Positions 19,592 through 28,832 are shown, numbered from the stretch's first letter. The stretch is 64,000 bases of DNA from Dehalococcoidia bacterium (GCA_965219085.1 OZ244720.1:1120001-1184000), one strand, 5' to 3'. Notes: a model not told the origin generated them from the letters alone. Numbers and translations are program-made.

Positions 19592-20203
19592 TTAGTCGAT
19601 GCGGCCCGTCACCGTGCGCGCACCCGCGACGCCGGCAGCAGCCAGCGCGCCGAGCGCGAGGACGAGGAACATCGAGGCCGAACCGGACTCGGTCGCGAGG
19701 CCGGCGTTGCCGTCATCCGGCGGCTCCGGCGTCATGCCGTTCTTGTCGTCGTCCTCGGGCATCGCTGGCGTTGCCTCTGGCGTCGCCTCGGGCATCGCTG
19801 GCGTTGCCTCAGGTGTCGCCTCAGGCGTCTCCACCGGAGGAGGCGGCGCGATGGTCAGCGCGATGACCTGGGCGTCGGACGCGGCCCACGTGGCCGTCTG
19901 CTCGGCGGCCTGGCCGTTGACCTGGAAGGTCACGGTCGCGCCGTCGACGGCGCCGCCGCCACAGTCCTCCTCGTCGACCCAGATGGCCCACTCGCCGGCG
20001 TTGTCGACCTCGGTGGAGTCGCAGACGACGCCGCCGATCAGCGCGGTGATGGTGCCGCCCGCCTCCTGGCCGCCACCGTAGTAGATGGCCTGGGTCGGGC
20101 CCTGCGCGAGCGCGGAGTGCGCACCGAACGCGAGCGGCCCGAGCAGCAGCGCGAGGAGCGCCGCCACGAAGGCGAGCCGCGCGGGTCCCTTCGTCATGTT
20201 CAT
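19592..20203 (-). CDS. Exported surface protein with putative sortase sorting signal
   Basis: Signal peptide; two-Cys domain; PEAT linker; PPDDGNAGL, hydrophobic helix, then RTVTGR. Confidence 0.85.
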   Translation of the reverse strand: MNMTKGPARLAFVAALLALLLGPLAFGAHSALAQGPTQAIYYGGGQEAGGTITALIGGVVCDSTEVDNAGEWAIWVDEEDCGGGAVDGATVTFQVNGQAAEQTATWAASDAQVIALTIAPPPPVETPEATPEATPAMPEATPEATPAMPEDDDKNGMTPEPPDDGNAGLATESGSASMFLVLALGALAAAGVAGARTVTGRID

Positions 20204-20361
20204 TCAGTCTCTCCTTGCCGGGCTCATCGCTTCCGGGTCCGCCACCCGGGAGCGCCCTTTGGGCTTGACGTTTCGGATGGGAGAGCGGGCCCCGGACCGG
20301 TCAGACCGGTACCGCGAGCCCGCTGCTCCTCTCCTGTTCAAGGCCGAGGCGTCGTGACGCC

Positions 20362-21378
20362 CTAGCCCTCCATGCCGTTGTCGCCCATGGAGTCGTCCAT
20401 GCCGTCGTCGCCCATGGAGTCATCCATGCCGTCGTCGCCCATGGAGTCTTCCATGCCGTCGTCGCCCATGGAGTCTTCCATGCCGTCGTCGCCCATGGAG
20501 TCTTCCATGCCGTCCATGCCGTAGTTGCAGTCGCTCACGATGACCGCTTCAGGGCCATCGAAGCCGTCGCCGTACGCGCTCATGAACGGGGCGTTGACGA
20601 TGCCGAACTCGGGGTTCGGGACGAACGGCAGGTAGCCCTCGCCGTCCGGCTCGTTGACCCAGATGGTCGAGCTACCGGGGCACACGGCCAGGGCCGCGGC
20701 CTCGAGCTGCTCCACCGAGCCACCGCTGAAGATCGCCAGGCCCTGCGAACCGCTCAGCGACGGAGGCGCGGGCGGAGGCGCGGGCGTCGCTTCGGGCGTT
20801 GCCTCAGGCGTTGCTTCAGGCGTTGCCTCAGGCGTCGCTTCGGGCGTTGCCTCAGGCGTTGCCTCAGGCGTTGCCTCAGGCGTCGCTTCGGGCGTTGCCT
20901 CAGGCGTTGCCTCAGGCGTCGCTTCGGGCGTTGCCTCAGGCGTCGCTTCGGGCGTTGCCTCGGGCGTCGCCTCAGGCGGAGGCGCAGCGGCGACCGTCAG
21001 CGCGATGCCGTGCAACGGGTCGGGCGGCAGGTAGCCGGCCGTCCAGTCCAGGGTCTCAGCAGCGGGGTCGCCGTTGATGGTGAACGTGATGGTCGCGCCT
21101 TCCACGGCGCCACCGTCACAGTCGGCCGGGTGGATCGTAAAGGCCCACTGGCCGTTTGCGGCGGCAGTCATCGTGCCGCACTCCACGTCGCCGATCGAGG
21201 CGGCGATTACGTCACCCTCGGCGACAACGCCTCCGGCTTCGGAGTCGCCGTAGACGTTGGCCGGCGGCGGGGTCACCTGGGCGACCACGGAGCCGGCGTT
21301 GAATGCGAGCGGCACCAGGATGAGCGCGAACAGCGCGGCGACGAACCCGAGAGAGGTCAGTCCCTTCGCATTGCTCAT
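20362..21378 (-). CDS. Exported surface protein, paralog of 19592-20203, with (PEAT)16 linker, shared C-terminal domain and MEDSMGDDG tail
   Basis: Same N-domain (IG.V.C...W...DC.GGAV.GAT.TF..NG) and the same AAGGAGAGACTGAATG leader. Confidence 0.88.
   Translation of the reverse strand: MSNAKGLTSLGFVAALFALILVPLAFNAGSVVAQVTPPPANVYGDSEAGGVVAEGDVIAASIGDVECGTMTAAANGQWAFTIHPADCDGGAVEGATITFTINGDPAAETLDWTAGYLPPDPLHGIALTVAAAPPPEATPEATPEATPEATPEATPEATPEATPEATPEATPEATPEATPEATPEATPEATPEATPEATPAPPPAPPSLSGSQGLAIFSGGSVEQLEAAALAVCPGSSTIWVNEPDGEGYLPFVPNPEFGIVNAPFMSAYGDGFDGPEAVIVSDCNYGMDGMEDSMGDDGMEDSMGDDGMEDSMGDDGMDDSMGDDGMDDSMGDNGMEG
20783..20974. repeat. 16 x 12-bp coding tandem repeat (PEAT)
   Basis: GGCGTYGCYTCR units over 192 bp. 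Confidence 0.92.
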
Positions 21379-21415
21379 TCAGTCTCTCCTTCTTGAGGGG
21401 ATTGCGTTTCGGAGC

Positions 21416-21457
21416 GGCCCCCGCGCCCCGGCCGAAACCAGGGCGCGGGGGGCGCGT
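21416..21457 (-). terminator. Hairpin downstream of the S-layer-like gene
   Basis: GCCCCCGCGCCC...GGGCGCGGGGGGC stem. Confidence 0.5.
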
Positions 21458-21481
21458 ATTTCAACCAGGCGCTAATCCCCC

Positions 21482-23416
21482 CTAGCCGCCACAGCCGCCG
21501 ACGAGCAGCGGCTCGTTGGCCGGGACGCCATCCGAGAACAGCGCGTTGAACGGGGCGTTGACCACCTCGACCATCGTGCCCGGGATGAAGGACACGTAGT
21601 TGCCCTGGTAGTCGGTCGCGTACGCCCTGACACCGGCGCCGCAAGCGTCGGTTAGTGCCGTGGCGAGCTCGTCGACCGAGCCGCCCGTGAAGGTCACCAG
21701 GGTGAAACCCTGGGCCGCGGGCTGCTTGCTCAGGCTCGGGGCCGCCGGAGGCGGCACAACCACCTCAACCGGCTCAGAGCCAGTGTTCAGCTCGAGGACG
21801 TGCTGGACGCGCGCGTCACCCTTGCCTGCACGGATCCGGAAGACCGCCGTGCCCTCGCTGAGCGGGGCCGTGTAGGTGAACTTCCCAATACCGTTGGTGG
21901 TCGTGACGGAACCGTCGGTGATGCCCTCAATGAGGCCATCGCCCTGGACCTTCAGGACCTCAACGGTCGTCTCGCCGACAAGGACGCCCTCGTCGTCGCG
22001 GACCGTGATGATGACCTCGTTGTCGCTCAGCGGCACAAGGTACGAACCAGTGGCCGGGCTGGTCTCGAGGGACGACGGCGCACCGGCGACCTCGATCTCA
22101 ACCGAAGCCTCAAGGTCGCCCAGCACGAAGTTAATCGTGTGCACGCCACGGGCCGATGCCTCGTTGTCAGCCGTTCCCGCGACATCCGGGGTGGCCGTCA
22201 CCTCGACGACACACTGGCCGTCGTCGTTCGTGCCGGTCGACGCGAATACGCCCACGACTGGGTCAGGAGTCTGGTCAGGAATGGCCACGACCTCGGTCAC
22301 AGGACCACAAGCCGGGATGTCGCCCTTCTCGATCTCGCCCTGGGTCTTCTTGTCCTTGTTGACGTTGTAGGCGCCGTCCTCGTCCACAGCCGTGGTGACG
22401 AGGTTAGAGTCATCCTCCGGGCCTACGACTTCTTCGTCACCCGCCTCCGGCTGCACACCCTTGACCGGGTTGTCCGCACCGTCGGTGACGGTCAGGACCA
22501 CGAAGACCGATCCGCCGACCTCGATCGAGTCCTGCTCGGCCTCGGCCACGAGGTTCTTCGCATCGCCGAACAGGGTGACCTCGAGCGTCTGGGCGTCGAG
22601 GGTCCCGTGGGTCACCGTGATGGTCGCAGTGCCCTCGCGGTTACCACCGGTCAGCGTGACAACGGCGTTACCGTCGGCACCGGTGTCCCCGGTGAAGTTG
22701 CTCGTGCTCGTCCAGACCTGGCACCACTGCACGTTCTGAGCGGCCGCGATGTTGGTCGGGTTCACGCCCGACGCCGGGCAGTTCAGCGTGCCGAGCGTGG
22801 TGATGAACGTGATGCGCTCATCGTTCATACCATCCTTGGTCTTCTGGTTGTTCGTGACGGTCGCACGAATCTGCGTGGAGCCACCAGCAGCACTGCCGTC
22901 AGCATTGATCGTCGTTGACGCTGCCTTCACCGCCAGCCTGGCCGGCTTCGGCTCCGTCGTGACCGTGATGACCACGGTCGTACTGGTCTCGGTAGTGGGC
23001 ACCGCCAAAGTGTCGGTGAGGACGATGGTGTACCTCAAGATGATGAACCCGTCGGCCGAGTCCTCATCGACGTTCAGCTTAACCTGAACGGAGCCATCAA
23101 TGTCTGCATTGTCCCCGTCGACGCCAGTGTCACAACTACCGTCGTCGCTACAGGCGAGCGTCTGGTCGCCGCCCGATGCGAAGCTACCGGTCGACGTGCT
23201 GTTCTCCCCGTCGATCGTGAACCGTACGATCTCCGCATTGGCAACAGTAATGACCGCTGTGTCGCCTGGCTCGACCTTCGCCGTGTTGGTGCCCCCCACT
23301 ATGACGTCCTTGGCCTCGACGGTTGTCGGGGAGGACGTGATCAGCACAGCGAACGCGACCGCGAATGCGGCGGCGATCACGAGTGCGGATGCGCCTAGCT
23401 TTCGTACGTAACTCAA
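21482..23416 (-). CDS. Ig-like (Big_1-type) repeat surface protein, S-layer candidate, with shared C-terminal domain
   Basis: TTG start after GAAGAGAG; signal peptide; acidic T/V/G-rich beta domains; codon usage visibly less GC3-biased than neighbours. Confidence 0.82.
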   Translation of the reverse strand: MSYVRKLGASALVIAAAFAVAFAVLITSSPTTVEAKDVIVGGTNTAKVEPGDTAVITVANAEIVRFTIDGENSTSTGSFASGGDQTLACSDDGSCDTGVDGDNADIDGSVQVKLNVDEDSADGFIILRYTIVLTDTLAVPTTETSTTVVITVTTEPKPARLAVKAASTTINADGSAAGGSTQIRATVTNNQKTKDGMNDERITFITTLGTLNCPASGVNPTNIAAAQNVQWCQVWTSTSNFTGDTGADGNAVVTLTGGNREGTATITVTHGTLDAQTLEVTLFGDAKNLVAEAEQDSIEVGGSVFVVLTVTDGADNPVKGVQPEAGDEEVVGPEDDSNLVTTAVDEDGAYNVNKDKKTQGEIEKGDIPACGPVTEVVAIPDQTPDPVVGVFASTGTNDDGQCVVEVTATPDVAGTADNEASARGVHTINFVLGDLEASVEIEVAGAPSSLETSPATGSYLVPLSDNEVIITVRDDEGVLVGETTVEVLKVQGDGLIEGITDGSVTTTNGIGKFTYTAPLSEGTAVFRIRAGKGDARVQHVLELNTGSEPVEVVVPPPAAPSLSKQPAAQGFTLVTFTGGSVDELATALTDACGAGVRAYATDYQGNYVSFIPGTMVEVVNAPFNALFSDGVPANEPLLVGGCGG

Positions 23417-23662
23417 AATGTTCTCTCTTCCTTCGAGTTACTTCGTTATCTGTGTTCCGTCGCGTCGCGCTGGTCGATCGCCCTCCTCATATCGGGGCTC
23501 CCGTTGCGAGGGTCTGAACTGCGGGGCTTGTGCCGCCGCTCGAGCTGGACGCCGCAAGCATCCCGCCTGTCATCCCGTTCGCTGGAAGCCGGTCTCCTGT
23601 TCTCGCGCCTGGCTTGCCGCCGCGCAGCGCACAACACGCCACGACCGGGCAGCCCCCCTTCA

Positions 23663-23755
23663 TGCGGGGATACCCCGCAAGGGCCGGCACATGGGGAGTA
23701 ACGCGCGGGAGCGGCCTCGGGTTAATGCAGGTCAGCAATGCGGGGATACCCCGCA
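23663..23755. repeat. Two copies of TGCGGGGATACCCCGCA palindrome upstream of the S-layer-like gene
   Basis: At 23663-23679 and 23739-23755; reverse complement of the 19429 motif. Confidence 0.85.
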
Positions 23756-23943
23756 GGGAGCGGCATGTGCGCACACCCCGCCCCCACCCGTTGGCCCTCG
23801 CTGCGTGGAGATGCCCGTGGGCGCCTCGTATCCCCCGGCGTCGGGGCACGCGTTCTCTCCACGTGCAGTGATAGCGCACGCAGCCGCAAGCGTCGACCCG
23901 CGGGGTATGTTCGCCGCCACCCGGCGAGCGCCCGCCCGTCCCC

Positions 23944-25179
23944 CTACTGCCCCGTCGACGCCTCGCCGGCCAGCACGCACACCAGGTCATCGTTCGCCAA
24001 CCCTGCGTACGCCTCGCACACGTAGCCGTCGCCGTCGCCGTCGAACTCCAGCGGCACGCGGTAGTCCGGGAACCCGCCCCCGTCGCTGAACGACCGCGGC
24101 GAGATGTAGCGCGCCGCCTCCCGGCACGACCCGTACGCCAGCGCCCGCATCGTCGCCTGCTCCCGCACCGCCCACGCCTCGAAGTCCGCGTAGAGCTGCT
24201 GGAGCGGGACGCCGAACGCCGCCTCGAACGCAGTGTGCAGCTCCGCGCCGTCACGGACGTCGTCGTAGAACGCCAGCCAGTCCTCGAACGCGCCGTACGA
24301 CTCGATCGCGTACAGCGCGGCCGCCCCCATCAGGTCCTGATGCGCCCGGCCCGCGCGGAAGTCCGTGGCCGGCTCGTGGAAGACCGCCGAGCGGTAGCGG
24401 TCGTTGCGCACGGTGGGGGGCTCCCCCCGCTGGTACCAGGTCCAGTAGTACTCGAACGTGGCCGCCCCCACCCAGCGCGCGCTGACGTGGTGGGGCTGCA
24501 CCGCGCGGATGAACCACTCCCGCGCGATCGCCGTCGCGTCCGTCCGGCACTCCGGCCCAACAAAGATGTGCGCCCCGCGCTGGAACGCGCACTCGCCCGG
24601 CAGCTCGTCGAGCGCCTCCCCGAACGCCTCCTGGTAGCGCACGAGCAGGCCCGCGGGCGTGTACGCGATGTTGATCGTGATCGGCCCCTCGTGGGTGAGG
24701 CCGAGGTTCGTGCGCGCGTACGTGATCACCCTGCGCATCTCCGTCGCGATCGCGCGTTGCTTCGCGCGGTCGTCCCACATCCCTCGCACGCTGCAGCACG
24801 TGGCGCGCCCTGTCAGCGCCTCGCCGGGCGGGAGCAGATGCGGCGTCGCGGGGGTCAGGGGCGTGAACGGCAGCGCTTCCACCCCGCCGACCTCGACCTC
24901 GACGGTGACGGGCACGGAGATGGTCACCGGGTCGCTGAACAGCAGGGTCGGGATGCCGGGGTACTGCTCGAGATCCACGCGGAAGTCGTGGGTGATCCAC
25001 TCGTGGCCTCCTGGCCCGAGCTGGCGCGTGCTCACGAAGGCCGACTGGGAGCGGAGGCTGACCCAGAACTCCAGCTCGACCTCGACGCTGGTCTCGACGG
25101 TGCGTGTGGCGGCGAAGGCGCTGAGCGCGCCCGCGGCGGCGAGCACGGCGAGGAGACCCACGATGGCGGCACTTTTCAT
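23944..25179 (-). CDS. Exported hypothetical protein with C-terminal Excalibur-like Ca-binding motif
   Basis: Signal peptide MKSAAIVGLLAVLAAAGALSAFA; YGSCREA...FDGDGDGYVCE. Confidence 0.8.
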   Translation of the reverse strand: MKSAAIVGLLAVLAAAGALSAFAATRTVETSVEVELEFWVSLRSQSAFVSTRQLGPGGHEWITHDFRVDLEQYPGIPTLLFSDPVTISVPVTVEVEVGGVEALPFTPLTPATPHLLPPGEALTGRATCCSVRGMWDDRAKQRAIATEMRRVITYARTNLGLTHEGPITINIAYTPAGLLVRYQEAFGEALDELPGECAFQRGAHIFVGPECRTDATAIAREWFIRAVQPHHVSARWVGAATFEYYWTWYQRGEPPTVRNDRYRSAVFHEPATDFRAGRAHQDLMGAAALYAIESYGAFEDWLAFYDDVRDGAELHTAFEAAFGVPLQQLYADFEAWAVREQATMRALAYGSCREAARYISPRSFSDGGGFPDYRVPLEFDGDGDGYVCEAYAGLANDDLVCVLAGEASTGQ

Positions 25180-25281
25180 GACGGCGAGGATAGCGCGCGT
25201 GTAGGGATGGGTAGCAGGGTTGGGTTGCTACACAGTACAACGCGGGTGACGGAGGGCTACGTGAAGGAGCCTGGTTGAGGA

Positions 25282-25491
25282 CTAGTTGAGGACCTGCGCG
25301 ATGGCGGCGGCGATCGCGGCAGCGATGCCCATGCCGGTGAGGAGCGTGCCGACGGTCCAGCGCGTGAGGCGCGTCTCCATCTGGTGCATCTCTACTCGCA
25401 GGCGCTCCTCGGAGAGCCGCACCTCGTGGCGGAGCAACTCGAGGTCCCCTTTGGTGGCGAAGTCGCTCGGAGCTGCTTGGGCTGAGGTCAT
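25282..25491 (-). CDS. DUF1640/CCDC90-like protein, array B copy 3 (headless)
   Basis: ATG after GGAGGAG; FATKGDL neck, coiled coil, RLTRWTVG TM tail. Confidence 0.78.
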   Translation of the reverse strand: MTSAQAAPSDFATKGDLELLRHEVRLSEERLRVEMHQMETRLTRWTVGTLLTGMGIAAAIAAAIAQVLN

Positions 25492-25546
25492 GCACTCCTC
25501 CCTGGGAGTTTGGCGGCGCGCAGCGTGTCGAATAGCGCCACGGCGG

Positions 25547-25825
25547 CTAGCCCAGCGCGACGATGACGGTGGTGGCGAGTGCGATGACGGCCGTGAGGAA
25601 GGTGGCGGCGGCGCCGACGGCGAGGTAGATGCGGTTGAGCAGGCGCTGCTCCGCGAGCGCGAGGTCCGAGCGCAAGAGCGCAATCTCCCGGTCCAGGTCG
25701 TCCCTCGTCGCCAGGCTCGCGCCGAAGTCCTCGGCGAACGTGGTGACGAGCACCTCGGCCTGCTCGGCGGGAATACCCGCCGCCTGGAGTTGTTGTGAGG
25801 CGCGCAGCGTGTCGAGCATCGCCAT
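25547..25825 (-). CDS. DUF1640/CCDC90-like protein, array B copy 2
   Basis: MLDTLRASQQLQAAGIPAEQAE head, LATRDDL neck, TM tail. Confidence 0.85.
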   Translation of the reverse strand: MAMLDTLRASQQLQAAGIPAEQAEVLVTTFAEDFGASLATRDDLDREIALLRSDLALAEQRLLNRIYLAVGAAATFLTAVIALATTVIVALG

Positions 25826-25830
25826 GGTGG

Positions 25831-26238
25831 CTAGTCCAGGGCGACGATGACGGTGGTGGCGAGGCCGATGACGGCCGTGAGGAAGGTGGCGGCGGCGCCG
25901 ACGGCGAGGTAGATGCGGTTCACGACGCGGTGCTCGGTCTGCGCGATCTCGCCGCGCAGGCGCTCCTCGGTCTGCGCGAGATCGCCGCGGACGGCAGCGA
26001 TCTCGCCGCGCAGGCGCTCCTCGGTCTGCGCGAGATCGCCGCGGACGGCAGCGATCTCGCCGCGCAGGCGCTCCTCGGTGCGCTCGAGGTCGGAGCGCAA
26101 GGCGGCAAGGTCGACCTTCGTTGCGACGCGCTCACCGACGTCTTCCGCGAAGGCGGTGACGATGGCGTCGGCCTTGGGGGCCTCGAAGCCGGCCTCCTGG
26201 AGTCGTTGCGACGCGCGCCGCGTGTCGAATAGCACCAT
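25831..26238 (-). CDS. DUF1640/CCDC90-like protein, array B copy 1
   Basis: FDTRRASQRLQEAGF head, VATKVDL neck, 54-bp (18-aa) stalk repeats, tail near-identical to copy 2. Confidence 0.85.
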   Translation of the reverse strand: MVLFDTRRASQRLQEAGFEAPKADAIVTAFAEDVGERVATKVDLAALRSDLERTEERLRGEIAAVRGDLAQTEERLRGEIAAVRGDLAQTEERLRGEIAQTEHRVVNRIYLAVGAAATFLTAVIGLATTVIVALD

Positions 26239-26700
26239 GGTGGCATGCTACGTCGCCACGCGCGGTTCTCGCTACCAACAAGACGGATTATTCGGATCCG
26301 GATATAGCGGGGCGCGGGCGAGGGATACGACCGGGCAACAACAAGGCCGGGCATACGCCCGGCCCCGATGCGCGTCGGTTCGCTGCTGGGACTGACGAGA
26401 CCCGTCGCGGGCAGTGTGCGGAGACGCGGCGGGGATGTCAAGTTGATTGCGATTGTTCGGTACAGCAGCACTCTCACCCACTCCGCCCGCACCCATCGCT
26501 CATCACGTCCGCCGTTACGTCGCGTTAACCCGATCGGCTGCGGCGCGTTTACCGGGGTGCGATGGGAGCGTGGCGGGTGAGCCGAATCAGGCGTGTCGAA
26601 CGGTCGCGCGGCAGCTATGAGCGCCGGGGCGCATCCCGGGGCGCATCCCGGGGCCCGGAGGGCCCGGGCGACCTCGGCAGCCCCGTACACGGGCAGTCCG

Positions 26701-26706
26701 TATACT
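26701..26706 (+). promoter_or_regulatory. Possible -10 element upstream of the ECF sigma gene
   Basis: TATACT about 120 bp upstream of the ATG. Confidence 0.4.
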
Positions 26707-26741
26707 GGTGCGCGGGCCCCGCGACGGCGGACCTCGTGCCC

Positions 26742-26810
26742 GCGAGGTATCCTCGCATAACCGGCCCCGCGAGGTATCCTCGCATACCCGGCCCCGCGAG
26801 GTGTCCTCGC
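26742..26810. repeat. Three tandem GCGAGG-TRT-CCTCGC palindromes (27-bp period) in the sigma factor leader
   Basis: At 26742, 26769 and 26796. Confidence 0.88.
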
Positions 26811-26823
26811 ATAACCGGCCCAG

Positions 26824-27450
26824 ATGCCGTACGAGATGCCGAACCCTCCATCACACAGCCTCACACCGGACGAAGAGCGATCGCTGGTCGATCGCGCGCG
26901 CTCGGGCGACCAGGACGCCCTCGGCGCGCTCTACGACGCCTACGCGGACCGGCTGTATCGCTACTGCCTGACGCGCGTGGGCGACGAGACGGAGGCGGAG
27001 GACCTGGCCGAGGACGTCTTCCTGAAGGTGCTGGGCGCGATCGAGCGCTTCGAGTGGCGGCCCGGCGAGGACGGCCAGCGCATCCCGTTCGGGGCCTGGC
27101 TGTTCCGCATCGCCCGCAACGAGATCGCCTCGTACCGTCGTCGCGCGGCCTCGCGGCCGCAGCAGACGGAGCTGCCGGAGGTGCTGCACGACACGCGGCG
27201 CGGCCCGGCCGAGCTGGCGGAGACGAAGCTGACCATCGAGGAGGTGTTCCGGGCGGTGCGCGAGCTGCCCGACGCGCAGCGGGAGGTGATCCTGCTGCGC
27301 TTCGCCTCGGGCCTGACGGTGGCGGAGACCGCCGCCGCCCTGGGCAAGAAGGTACCGAACGTGAAGGTGTTGCAGCACAAGGGCGTCCAGCGCCTGCGCG
27401 CACTCTTCACCACCCCGCCGCCCCGCGGGGTATCCCCGCATCAAAGATGA
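26824..27450 (+). CDS. ECF sigma-70 factor (start may be 26836)
   Basis: GDQDALGALYD, AEDLAEDVFLK, AWLFRIARN, region 4 LPDAQREVILLRF...HTH. Confidence 0.95.
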   Translation: MPYEMPNPPSHSLTPDEERSLVDRARSGDQDALGALYDAYADRLYRYCLTRVGDETEAEDLAEDVFLKVLGAIERFEWRPGEDGQRIPFGAWLFRIARNEIASYRRRAASRPQQTELPEVLHDTRRGPAELAETKLTIEEVFRAVRELPDAQREVILLRFASGLTVAETAAALGKKVPNVKVLQHKGVQRLRALFTTPPPRGVSPHQR

Positions 27451-27480
27451 TCGCGGAGCGGGCGGGCGGACGGTGACGCC

Positions 27481-28686
27481 ATGACGAACATGCACGACGA
27501 ACCCTTCGACGACCTGCGCAGTGGCGATCTCAATGGCGACATGCCGGGCGAGATGCCCGGCGACGAGCTGCTGAGCGAGATCGACCTCGCCGACGCCGAG
27601 CGCTTCGCCGAGGTCATCGACCGCCTCGAAGCAGGCGGCGGGGTCGACCTCGACCCGCGCGAAGACCCGACGCTGGCCGCGCTGACCACGGTGGCCGCGC
27701 AGCTCCGCGACAACGCCCGCGACGCCACCTCGACGCCGCGCTTCGAGTCGTACCGCGCGCGGTCGCGCGACTACCTGCTGCACCGCATCGCGCGCGAGCG
27801 CGAGGTGCTGGCGGCCTCGGCGCGCCCGCAGCCTGAGCGCGAGGAGCCCTCGGGGCTGGGCGGCATCCCGTTCCTGCGCTGGAACGTGCTCTCGCCGATC
27901 GCCAGCGCGGCGGCGGCCGCGGTCGCGGTGCTCGCGTTCGTCGCGTTCACCGGCAGCGACACGCCGGCGCCGGTCGCGCCCGAGCAGGCCGCGGTCGTCG
28001 ACACCCCGGCCGTGGCGCCGGTCGCCGACGACGCGGACGAGCAGGACGCGGTCGAGCCGGTGACGCCTCAGCCCGACCCGGTGCGGGTCGCCACCCTCAT
28101 CCTCTCGAGCCGGCCGTCGAACGAAGAGATCCTCGACCGGTTCGCCGCGGCGACGAGCGTGCGCTACGCGGCCATCGCGGACGACGCCGTGGTCGCGGCA
28201 GTGGACGACACCGCCGCGGATGACGTCGTGGACGAAGCGCCGGCGGCCGAGGCCGCCCCGGCGCCCGCGACGCCGCCTGTCACGGTGGCCGTGGCGCCCC
28301 GGCCCGTGCCGGTGGCCGCGGCGACCAGCGAGGTGTTCAGCGTGTCAACGCAGCGCGCGACGCCTCGGACGCTCCCGGACCAGCTCGACTACATCGACAC
28401 GCTGCTGGGCGAGTTGACGGTGATGGTGGAAGGGCAGGAACGGGTGCCCGCGCAGCTGCTGCGCGAGATCACCGAGTCGATCGCCGCGGTGGCGTACCGC
28501 ATCGAGTCGCGCCCGGACGAGGTGACGCACGCGCAGGTGGTCGCCTACATCCACGCAGCGGCGGACGGCCGGTTCCTCCTCGCCGCGGCGGTGGCGGACG
28601 AGGCGGACGAGGCGGCGCTGAACGCCGCGCGCCGCGTGGCGCAGGACGGCGTGGTGGTGGCGGGCTGGTACTTCAAGTACCGCTAG
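27481..28686 (+). CDS. Membrane-anchored putative anti-sigma factor
   Basis: Directly downstream of ECF; N-terminal cytoplasmic part, single TM, Pro/Ala linker, helical C-domain. Confidence 0.7.
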   Translation: MTNMHDEPFDDLRSGDLNGDMPGEMPGDELLSEIDLADAERFAEVIDRLEAGGGVDLDPREDPTLAALTTVAAQLRDNARDATSTPRFESYRARSRDYLLHRIAREREVLAASARPQPEREEPSGLGGIPFLRWNVLSPIASAAAAAVAVLAFVAFTGSDTPAPVAPEQAAVVDTPAVAPVADDADEQDAVEPVTPQPDPVRVATLILSSRPSNEEILDRFAAATSVRYAAIADDAVVAAVDDTAADDVVDEAPAAEAAPAPATPPVTVAVAPRPVPVAAATSEVFSVSTQRATPRTLPDQLDYIDTLLGELTVMVEGQERVPAQLLREITESIAAVAYRIESRPDEVTHAQVVAYIHAAADGRFLLAAAVADEADEAALNAARRVAQDGVVVAGWYFKYR

Positions 28687-28740
28687 CTGTAGTGCCTACA
28701 CACCTGCGAGACACCTGATCGTAAAGGGTGGGCAGTACAG
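28687..28740. mobile_element. 54-bp inverted-repeat-bounded mini element or IS scar with CTAG duplication
   Basis: CTAG|CTGTAGTGCCTAC...GTGGGCAGTACAG|CTAG. Confidence 0.65.
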
Positions 28741-28832
28741 CTAGTCCGGCCGCGAACGCGGTCACTAAGGCCTCCATCTCCTATTCAGCAAGACGGGGGA
28801 TAACTGGAAGGTCGTCGTCGACCACAGGGGCA

